A DNA stretch of 64,000 bases from Bacteroidota bacterium (GTDB taxonomy: Bacteria > Bacteroidota > Bacteroidia > Bacteroidales > NBLH01): positions 14,269-78,268 of the forward strand of contig JBDLJL010000002.1 of NCBI GenBank assembly GCA_039714415.1, in the 5' to 3' direction. The position numbers were made by a program, and so were the translations under genes. The notes under the pieces were generated by a model that had not been told where the DNA came from, ran no database searches, and worked only from the letters and a program-made list of their open reading frames with translations. Below, in pieces: positions 9,608 through 17,414 of the stretch (within the stretch, counting starts at the first letter, position 1; each line of letters starts with the position of its first letter).

Positions 9608-11080
9608 ATGAAAAAATTCTTTTCTTTTAGATTCAAAATGACCATTGTACTGCTGGTTGTCATTGTATCAATTTCATTTGTTTCCTTTTTTCTTTATAAT
9701 CGTTATCTCACTAAAAAAATATATAGTAATGCCGAAGAAAATATAGTTAGTATCCTGCATTTAGTTAAGGATCAGTACTATCTGTCAAAGCATGATACAT
9801 CAAGCACATTTAATATACTAAAAAAAATTGAAGAGCATAATTGGGTTCTAAAAACATGTTTAGCAAATTCTAAAGGAAATATTTTGTATACCTCTAAAGC
9901 AAAATATCCCTTGTGTGAAATACCAGACACAAAAAAGTTATTATCCCTGACAAAAGAAGTTACTTTGGAATCACATATATATAATAATGAACCATATACC
10001 CGGATATATATGAAAATGGAAAATTCACCGAGCTGTTATGAATGTCATAGTTCGGAGATAAAAACAATTGGATATTTGGTATATGATATTTCTATGACTG
10101 GGGCAGAAAAGAATAAAGTGTTTTTATTAAAATTTACTCTTTTTAATACCATTTTTTTGGTTTTAATCATTGGACTGGTTATTAGCTTGATGCATTATAA
10201 ATTTGTTCGAAAATCATTAATGCATTTTCAAATTAAGATAGAAAAGATAAATAGAGGTAATTTGGATGAACGCATTGTTATTCCGCATACAAAAGAACTG
10301 GGACAACTTGGAGAGCATTTTAACAAGATGTTAGATAAGTTTCAAAAAACCCGAAAAGAACTTTTATTTTGTCATAAAAAAGAATTACGAAACAATAAAA
10401 AGCTTGCAACAGTTGGTGAAATGGCTGCCAGGTTAGCACATGAAATTAGAAATCCAATAACCGGAATAGCTAATGCGATAGAAATTATTGCTGATGAGAT
10501 ACCTGATAAGCAGAACAGGCCTATTTTGGAAGAAATTCAACGACAAGCAAATAGGGTTAATGATGCGATTTCGAAACTTCTTATATATTCCCGTGCTTCG
10601 GAATTGGATACAAAGGATTGTAATATTAATGAGTTGGTTAAATCTTTGGCGTTCTTTTTAAAAAATCAGAATCACAATAAAAGAATTAAATTTTTAGCAG
10701 ATTTGGAGGATGATATTCCGAACTTTTATATTGATCAGGGAAAAATTGAAAATGCACTTTTAAACCTGGGTTTAAATGCTGTACAAGCAATAAAAAAACA
10801 GGGCATAGTTACCTTTAAAACAAATTATGATGCTGCTAAAAATATCATAATGGTTAATGTTCAAGATACCGGATCAGGAATTTCGAATGAAATATTACCA
10901 AAAATTTTCAGCCCCTTTTTTACGACACGAACTGAGGGAACAGGTTTAGGCCTGGCAATTGTTAAGGATATTGTTGAAAAGCATCAAGGTAAGATTTGGG
11001 TTGAAAAAAACATAAAAAAAGGCAGTGTATTTACAATTTTATTGCCCATTATTGAGAAAGAAGAACTAATAAATATCTGA
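9608..11080 (+). CDS. Sensor histidine kinase with a periplasmic CXXCH (putative c-heme) sensor domain, HAMP, HisKA and HATPase_c
   Basis: Two TM segments flank a domain of about 150 aa containing SPSCYECHSSEIKTIGYLVYDIS. The H-box is AHEIRNPITGI and the G-box is GTGLGLAIVKDIVEKHQG. Confidence 0.85.
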   Translation: MKKFFSFRFKMTIVLLVVIVSISFVSFFLYNRYLTKKIYSNAEENIVSILHLVKDQYYLSKHDTSSTFNILKKIEEHNWVLKTCLANSKGNILYTSKAKYPLCEIPDTKKLLSLTKEVTLESHIYNNEPYTRIYMKMENSPSCYECHSSEIKTIGYLVYDISMTGAEKNKVFLLKFTLFNTIFLVLIIGLVISLMHYKFVRKSLMHFQIKIEKINRGNLDERIVIPHTKELGQLGEHFNKMLDKFQKTRKELLFCHKKELRNNKKLATVGEMAARLAHEIRNPITGIANAIEIIADEIPDKQNRPILEEIQRQANRVNDAISKLLIYSRASELDTKDCNINELVKSLAFFLKNQNHNKRIKFLADLEDDIPNFYIDQGKIENALLNLGLNAVQAIKKQGIVTFKTNYDAAKNIIMVNVQDTGSGISNEILPKIFSPFFTTRTEGTGLGLAIVKDIVEKHQGKIWVEKNIKKGSVFTILLPIIEKEELINI

Positions 11081-11118
11081 TCATGCTGTGAAACTATTTC
11101 TAATTTTAACCTAAACAC

Positions 11119-12492
11119 ATGAAGTTATTGAAAATATTGGTAATTGATGACGAAAAATTAATTCGCTGGTCTTTTGAAAAACAACTAAGCTCAAAAGGAT
11201 ATAAGGTATATACAGCTGAAACGGGTGAGGAAGGAATGAAATTATTTGAATTACATTATCCGGATTTGGTATTTGTAGACAGCCGTTTGCCGGGAATGCA
11301 GGGGTTAGAAGTAATATCCAGAATTAAATCTATAGATGATGATGTTATCCTAATTTGTATGACTGCATTTGGATCAATTGAAATGGCTGTTGAGGCAATG
11401 AAATTAGGGGCATTTGAATATTTAAAAAAACCGTTTTCTTTTGATGAAATTGATATAATAATTAACAACGTAAATAAGAAGATTAATATAGATAAGGAAA
11501 TTCAGTTGCTTAGAAGACAACAAACTGATAAGTTGACCTTTGACGATATTGTTTGTGAGTCAGAAAGCATCAAAAATATTATTGACCTTTTGAAAAAAAT
11601 ATCAAAAACAGATGCTACGACTATTTTACTTTTAGGTGAAAGTGGAACAGGGAAAGATATATTTGCCAGGGCTATTCATAATGAGAGTAATCGAAAAGAT
11701 AAATCTTTTGTTGATATTAATTGTTCATCATTACCGGAAACTTTATTGGAAAGTGAACTGTTTGGTTATGAGAAAGGTGCGTTTACTGATGCAAAAAAAC
11801 TTAAAAAGGGACTTTTCGAAATTGCAGAAAACGGCACTGTTTTTTTAGATGAAATTGGTGAAGTAAATCTTGCTACACAAGTTAAACTATTAAGTGTGCT
11901 TGAAAACAGATATGTTCGTCGCTTAGGAGGGACTCAGAACATTCCTGTAAATGTACGTATCATTGCAGCAACAAATAAAAATTTAGAAGAGGCTATTGCT
12001 GAAAAGACTTTTAGGGTTGATTTGTATTATAGGTTAAAGGTGTTTCAAATTACTTTACCCCCTTTAAATAAACGCAAAGAAGATATTGTTGCCCTAACTA
12101 ATTATTTTTTGGATATTTTTAATGCTCAATTTCGTAAAAAGATTAAGAGTATCGCCCCTAAAACAAAACAAATATTAATGCATTATAACTGGCCGGGAAA
12201 TGTAAGAGAATTAAAAAACGTCATGGAACGTGCAATTATATTGGAATCAAATGATAAATTAACTGCTAAAAACCTACCTGTTGAAATAAGAAACATCCAA
12301 CCTACCATTGAAAAAGTTAAAAATATCTATCATTTTGAAATTCCGGATGAAGGTATTTCATTAACAGAGTTGGAGAAACAGGTTATTATCCAGGCTTTAA
12401 AAAAAGCAGAGAATAACCAAACTAAAGCTTCAAAATTACTTGGAATTTCAAGGGATACCCTAAGGTATAAACAAAAAAAATACAAGATATAA
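11119..12492 (+). CDS. Sigma54-dependent response regulator (NtrC family: REC, AAA+, Fis-type HTH)
   Basis: The REC domain carries DLVFVDSRLPGMQG. Walker A is GESGTGKD, the sigma54-contact loop is GAFTDA (a variant of GAFTGA), and the C-terminal HTH is KASKLLGISRDTLRYKQKKY. Confidence 0.9.
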   Translation: MKLLKILVIDDEKLIRWSFEKQLSSKGYKVYTAETGEEGMKLFELHYPDLVFVDSRLPGMQGLEVISRIKSIDDDVILICMTAFGSIEMAVEAMKLGAFEYLKKPFSFDEIDIIINNVNKKINIDKEIQLLRRQQTDKLTFDDIVCESESIKNIIDLLKKISKTDATTILLLGESGTGKDIFARAIHNESNRKDKSFVDINCSSLPETLLESELFGYEKGAFTDAKKLKKGLFEIAENGTVFLDEIGEVNLATQVKLLSVLENRYVRRLGGTQNIPVNVRIIAATNKNLEEAIAEKTFRVDLYYRLKVFQITLPPLNKRKEDIVALTNYFLDIFNAQFRKKIKSIAPKTKQILMHYNWPGNVRELKNVMERAIILESNDKLTAKNLPVEIRNIQPTIEKVKNIYHFEIPDEGISLTELEKQVIIQALKKAENNQTKASKLLGISRDTLRYKQKKYKI

Positions 12493-12500
12493 ATGATCGC

Positions 12501-12537
12501 AGGGGCATTTAACCCAAACATTAGGGGCATTTACCCC
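12501..12537. promoter_or_regulatory. Two direct copies of AGGGGCATTTA(A/C)CCC spaced 22 bp apart, a candidate upstream activator site
   Basis: Read directly at 12501-12515 and 12523-12537. They lie about 230-250 bp upstream of the -24/-12-like box at 12753. Confidence 0.35.
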
Positions 12538-12752
12538 ACCTCATATTGAATTTATTTATCCATTCCTTTTTAGTTTATTTAACATGATAAAATAATCTTG
12601 TTAAAATTTATTGATTGCCAGGCGATTATCAGTTATATTAATTCAAATAAATTCACAATTAGTTAATATCAAAATATTATTTAAAAAGAGTTAACTTTCC
12701 AAATTGTCTTAAATATTTTTTAATTATCACATGTTCAGTCATATAGCCCTTT

Positions 12753-12768
12753 TGGTATATTGTTTGGA
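12753..12768 (+). promoter_or_regulatory. Weak -24/-12 (sigma54-like) box TGGTAT-ATTGT-TTGGA upstream of the tetraheme cytochrome gene
   Basis: GG and TTG have the canonical spacing, but the -12 element reads GG instead of GC. The box lies 45 nt before ATG 12813. Confidence 0.3.
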
Positions 12769-12812
12769 TTAATTAATATGCCTTCTATTTATTAATTAAA
12801 ACTATAACTAAT

Positions 12813-13439
12813 ATGAAAAAAATTCATTTAATTCTCTCTCTGTTTTTTTTATTTGCTTTTGCAAATTTCAGTTTTGGGCAAATTATTGGCTCAGGACATG
12901 ATTTTTCAGGTAATGCCTGGGCAAATAATAGGATTTGTATTGTTTGTCATACCCCTCATAATGGTACAGCTATGGCAAATGCGCCTTTGTGGAACAGGGA
13001 ATTGTCTGCAACAGCAACTTATACCATGTATAGTTCACTAACTTTTGATGGTGCTGCCTCGGCTGTTGACCCTATTGCTACTTCATCTTCAAACTCAAGG
13101 TTATGCCTCAGTTGCCACGATGGTACTGTAGCACTAGAAAACTTTGGAGGGGTAACAACCGGAACAACATTTATTACCGGTAGTGCAAACATAGGGACCG
13201 ACTTGAGTAATGATCATCCTATTTCATTTACCTATGATGATGCATTGTCAACTACAGATCCCGGATTGTGGCAACCAAGTACAACAGCTGCCTTAGGGGG
13301 GACAATTCAATCTGAAATGTTGTTTGGAGATCAGTTAGAATGTGCTTCTTGTCATAATGTGCATGATAATACCAATGGTTTCTTCTTAAGAATGGACAAT
13401 ACTGGTAGCGCCTTATGTTTAACTTGTCATAACAAATGA
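12813..13439 (+). CDS. Secreted tetraheme c-type cytochrome, paralogous to the N-terminal module of the 12-heme protein
   Basis: Motifs are CIVCH, CLSCH, CASCH and CLTCH. It shares GSGHDF..CIVCHTPH...APLWNR and LCLSCHDGT..DLSNDHPISF with 7695-9401. Confidence 0.88.
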   Translation: MKKIHLILSLFFLFAFANFSFGQIIGSGHDFSGNAWANNRICIVCHTPHNGTAMANAPLWNRELSATATYTMYSSLTFDGAASAVDPIATSSSNSRLCLSCHDGTVALENFGGVTTGTTFITGSANIGTDLSNDHPISFTYDDALSTTDPGLWQPSTTAALGGTIQSEMLFGDQLECASCHNVHDNTNGFFLRMDNTGSALCLTCHNK

Positions 13440-13464
13440 TAATGCTGAGGATTTAATTTTCTGG

Positions 13465-13491
13465 AAAGGCGGTTTTGAATCGCCTTTTTTT
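13465..13491 (+). terminator. Intrinsic terminator or attenuator after the tetraheme gene
   Basis: The stem is AAAGGCG / CGCCTTT with a 9-nt loop, followed by a T run. Confidence 0.55.
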
Positions 13492-13510
13492 CTTTTAAAA
13501 TTTATTTAAT

Positions 13511-14584
13511 ATGAACAATAAAATAAAAACATCAATTTTACTCATCTTTTTTTTTATTTTTCTGACTTCTTGCATAAAAGATGCAAGTTCCAGCTTAACA
13601 CAGGAAGATTACATTTTTTTCCCTTCACCACCTGATACTGCAAGAATTCAGTTTCTGACCAGTATAAATAGTTCACTTGATATTGAGGGGGATCAATCAG
13701 GTATAAATAAACTTGTTTTTGGGGAAGCCAAACCTAATTCAATTGTTAAACCATATGGTGTAGTAATGCATAATGGTAAAATATATGTATGCGATACAGG
13801 CATAAAAGGAATTGTAATTATTGATTTGGCTTTGAATACCTTTGAGTATTTTATTCCCGAAGGTAAAGGTAGGTTAATGCTGCCACTGAGTTGTTTTGTG
13901 GACAATGACGGTAAATTGTTTGTAGCAGATGGTAACCGTAAACAAATAGTTGTTTTTGATAAAACAGGCAAATATATTCATGCGTTTGGTGAACCTGAAA
14001 ATTTTAAGCCGACAGATGTATTTGTAACAAAGGATAAAATTTGGGTAGCCAATGTAAAAAACCACCATATAAATGTTTATAAAAATGATTCAACTTTCCA
14101 GTCGTTATATTATTTCCCTGAAATTGAACATGGATCAGAAGCCTTTCTAAATCAACCTACAAACATAAAAGTGGTAAATGACAAAGTTTATGTTACAGAT
14201 TTTGGAAGCTTCAAAGTCAAAATGTATCACTCGGATGGAAGTTTTATCGGGTCAATTGGTAGTTATGGAAAAGGTCTTGGGCAATTTGTTAGGCCAAAAG
14301 GAATTGCACTTGATAGAGAATCAAACCTTTACGTTGTTGACGCTGCTTTTGAAAATATTCAGATTTTTAACAAAAATAAACAACTTTTAATGTTTTTTGG
14401 TGGTGGTTATAGTGGTGCAGGAAGCATGTCATTACCGGCAAAAGTTGATATAAATTATGAAAACATAAAGTATTTTGAGCCATATGTAGATCCTCTGTAC
14501 CAAATTAAATATTTAATACTTGTAACAAATCTTTATGGAGGCAACAAGCTAAATATTTATGCCCGTGTTGAGCCTAAAGGATAA
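13511..14584 (+). CDS. NHL-repeat lipoprotein
   Basis: The lipobox is LTSC. NHL units include GKGLGQFVRPKGIALDRESNLYVVDAAFENIQIFN and LFVADGNRKQIVVFDKTGK. Confidence 0.75.
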   Translation: MNNKIKTSILLIFFFIFLTSCIKDASSSLTQEDYIFFPSPPDTARIQFLTSINSSLDIEGDQSGINKLVFGEAKPNSIVKPYGVVMHNGKIYVCDTGIKGIVIIDLALNTFEYFIPEGKGRLMLPLSCFVDNDGKLFVADGNRKQIVVFDKTGKYIHAFGEPENFKPTDVFVTKDKIWVANVKNHHINVYKNDSTFQSLYYFPEIEHGSEAFLNQPTNIKVVNDKVYVTDFGSFKVKMYHSDGSFIGSIGSYGKGLGQFVRPKGIALDRESNLYVVDAAFENIQIFNKNKQLLMFFGGGYSGAGSMSLPAKVDINYENIKYFEPYVDPLYQIKYLILVTNLYGGNKLNIYARVEPKG

Positions 14585-14597
14585 ACCAATACCTTGA

Positions 14598-15440
14598 ATG
14601 CAAAAGAACAGTGGAAAATATTTATTCTTTCTTTTTGTTTTAATAAGCTCTTATTTTATAGCTTGTTCACCACAAAAAAGTTATAAGGTATTATCGTTTT
14701 TATTTGATGGTGTTCCGGAACCTTCGCCTGATAAGTTGGTTGAATTAAATGATACAGTTTATCAGACTGATAGTGTTGTAATTGCTTCAAATAGGATTTC
14801 GCAACCATTAATGTTTTACCATTCCCCTTATAAGAAAAAAGAATGTACTATTTGTCATGATCGAAATTCCATGGATAAAACGGTTGAACCCCAACCTAAA
14901 CTTTGCTATAAGTGTCATGACAACTATAATGATAAATTCGAGTTTATTCATGGCCCGGTAGGTGGTGGGTATTGTACTTCGTGTCATAATGCTCATAAAT
15001 CCAAATCTGATCATTTACTTTTAAGGTCTTCTCAACAGTTGTGCATACACTGTCATGATTCTATTTTGGTTTTTAAAAACAGGTATCATTTAAACAATGA
15101 TATATCAAATTGTATAGAATGCCATAACCCTCATGGTGGTGAAAACAGGTACATGCCTGAAAAAGGTTCCTGTTATAAATGTCATGAAAAATACAATGAA
15201 AAATTTAGCTATCTGCATGGCCCTGTGGCCGGTGAATATTGCACAACCTGTCATAGCCCGCATATGACTAAAACAAAAAAACTATTAATAATGCAAGGTT
15301 CTTCATTGTGTTTAAATTGCCATAACAAAGAATTGATTTTTGAAAGTGATCATCATAAAAATGTAGATAAGACTTGTATTGATTGTCATGATCCACATGG
15401 AGGTGAAGACAGGTTATTTATAAAAAATAAAACTCAATGA
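14598..15440 (+). CDS. Nonaheme c-type cytochrome lipoprotein (1 + 4 + 4 CXXCH, two c7/c3-like tetraheme units)
   Basis: The lipobox is IAC. Motifs are CTICH, CYKCH, CTSCH, CIHCH, CIECH, CYKCH, CTTCH, CLNCH and CIDCH. An internal duplicate is visible: CYKCH..YN.KF...HGPV.G.YCT.CH. Confidence 0.88.
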   Translation: MQKNSGKYLFFLFVLISSYFIACSPQKSYKVLSFLFDGVPEPSPDKLVELNDTVYQTDSVVIASNRISQPLMFYHSPYKKKECTICHDRNSMDKTVEPQPKLCYKCHDNYNDKFEFIHGPVGGGYCTSCHNAHKSKSDHLLLRSSQQLCIHCHDSILVFKNRYHLNNDISNCIECHNPHGGENRYMPEKGSCYKCHEKYNEKFSYLHGPVAGEYCTTCHSPHMTKTKKLLIMQGSSLCLNCHNKELIFESDHHKNVDKTCIDCHDPHGGEDRLFIKNKTQ

Positions 15441-15444
15441 ATAA

Positions 15445-17406
15445 TTGATGGGTAGGAAGCTTATATATATCATTTTATTTTTATTATTCTATGCAGATGG
15501 TATAGCTCAAAAGCCTATTGTTTCATTGGGGACATGGAAGCTAACTAAACTATATGGCGACTTTAATTTACACAGTTTTTATAGAGGAAATGAACGATCT
15601 TTTAATCAAAATTATGAATTTCATCAAAGTGGTTATTTTTCAGGGGGGCTGTGTTTAAAAACGAGAAGTTATTTTTGGGATCCTAATTTTATAACACTTG
15701 ACGTAAATGCTGAGTATAGTCCTGAAACAGGCAATGAATTTTACCTTAATATTCCTGATCGTTCAGAAGTAAGAACTCTAAAAAGACTGGATTTAAGAAC
15801 CTCAATATTCAAAAAGAATAGTCTTTCACTAAATGCTTTTGCTAATTTAAACCAAAGTATTAATAACCGGGAACTTTTAACCAGCCTAAAATCAGAAAAT
15901 AAAAGATGGGGCGGGATGTTATCATACAGGAACAAGGCACTTCCATTTACCCTTACATATAAAGAAAATTTGTGGGATCAGGAAGAAATTGCTTCAAGAA
16001 GAGTGTTCAAAATGAATCAGAAAAACTTTATGGCCAGAACTTCAAAATCCTTTTCTGATTATGATTCACACGAATTAAATTATGCTCATAATGTATATTC
16101 CCGGCAGGATGGTGATATGCAACCTATTGAAAACAATATTGATCAGATATTTTTGAAAAACAGGGTCTATTTTGATACTCAAAAGAAATATGTTTTCAGA
16201 TCGTTGATTACGGATTTTATTCAAAAAGGGAATAATGAATATAAAAGATTCCAGGTAAATGAACAATTGTTCTTAAAATTACCCCAAAAACTCTCATTAA
16301 CTGCTAATTATCAATATTACAATTTACAACAAACATCACAAAGTTTAAATCAAAACAGGCTTAAGGCCACCCTTGGCCATCAATTATTTTTAAGTTTAAA
16401 TACAAATGTGTATTATGAATATTTCAAACTTAGGCATTCCTTTTATGATGAGGCAAATACCCGGGCTGGAATAGACCTTACTTACTCAAAAAAAATACCT
16501 AAAGGTCATTTTACCCTTGCCTATAAATACTACAGGCATTACCAGGTCATGGATGCCCAAAATACTTTCATTAATGAAATAAATGAAGAACATGTTTTAT
16601 CAGATGGTCAAATTGTATTATTAAACAGACCTTATATTGATCCTGCAACAATTATTGTAAAAGATATTACCGGGACAATTATATTTCAACGTGATTTCGA
16701 CTATATTTTAATTGAAAGGAATAATTTTATTGAAATTCAACGTTTACCTGGTGGTCAAATTCCTAATAATGAAATTGTATACATTGATTATACCGCTGTT
16801 CAACCAGGCTCATATCAGTATGATGCCAATAATAATGCCTTATCAGCAAACATTATCTTATTTAACCGATTAATCGAACTGTATTTCCGGGCTTCAAAGC
16901 AAGAGTATTCAAGCTTAATAAACGTGGATCATATTACCTTAAATCGCTATACACAAACTTTAGTAGGTGGTAAAGTTGATGTTGGTTTTGCAATTGCCGG
17001 AATTGAATATGATAATTACAATAGCAATATTATTCCCTACCGTATGGTAAGATATTATATCAATCTTCAAAAAACTTTCTATAAAAGGCTTTTATGTTCT
17101 TTAAATGGGAATATTAGGGATTATGAAAAAACAACAGATAAAATACCACAACAATTTTCTGATATTTCGGGGAAAATCATTTATCGGTTTAAATTAAGAT
17201 CAAAAATCTCTTTGGAAGGAGCTTACCGAAAACAACAAGGTGATGGAATTGATTTGGATTTATTTACAGGAAGGAGTGAGTTTGAAACAAAATACCGGCA
17301 AATGATTTTTAAAGTTGGTATGAATATGTATCGTCGGAATAATATCGGTAATAAAACTGTTTTTAACAGTGTTTATGGTAAAATTATAAGAAAATTTAAA
17401 TTATAA
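15445..17406 (+). CDS. Putative outer-membrane beta-barrel (porin-like) protein of the cytochrome conduit
   Basis: It has a signal peptide (LFYADGIAQ), is 653 aa and is rich in Y/N/R/K. Alternating hydrophobic strands run to the C-terminus (IFKVGMNMYRR ... TVFNSVYGKIIRKFKL). It lies 4-8 nt from the flanking cytochrome genes. There is no recognisable enzymatic motif. Confidence 0.5.
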   Translation: MMGRKLIYIILFLLFYADGIAQKPIVSLGTWKLTKLYGDFNLHSFYRGNERSFNQNYEFHQSGYFSGGLCLKTRSYFWDPNFITLDVNAEYSPETGNEFYLNIPDRSEVRTLKRLDLRTSIFKKNSLSLNAFANLNQSINNRELLTSLKSENKRWGGMLSYRNKALPFTLTYKENLWDQEEIASRRVFKMNQKNFMARTSKSFSDYDSHELNYAHNVYSRQDGDMQPIENNIDQIFLKNRVYFDTQKKYVFRSLITDFIQKGNNEYKRFQVNEQLFLKLPQKLSLTANYQYYNLQQTSQSLNQNRLKATLGHQLFLSLNTNVYYEYFKLRHSFYDEANTRAGIDLTYSKKIPKGHFTLAYKYYRHYQVMDAQNTFINEINEEHVLSDGQIVLLNRPYIDPATIIVKDITGTIIFQRDFDYILIERNNFIEIQRLPGGQIPNNEIVYIDYTAVQPGSYQYDANNNALSANIILFNRLIELYFRASKQEYSSLINVDHITLNRYTQTLVGGKVDVGFAIAGIEYDNYNSNIIPYRMVRYYINLQKTFYKRLLCSLNGNIRDYEKTTDKIPQQFSDISGKIIYRFKLRSKISLEGAYRKQQGDGIDLDLFTGRSEFETKYRQMIFKVGMNMYRRNNIGNKTVFNSVYGKIIRKFKL

Positions 17407-17414
17407 CCATTATT

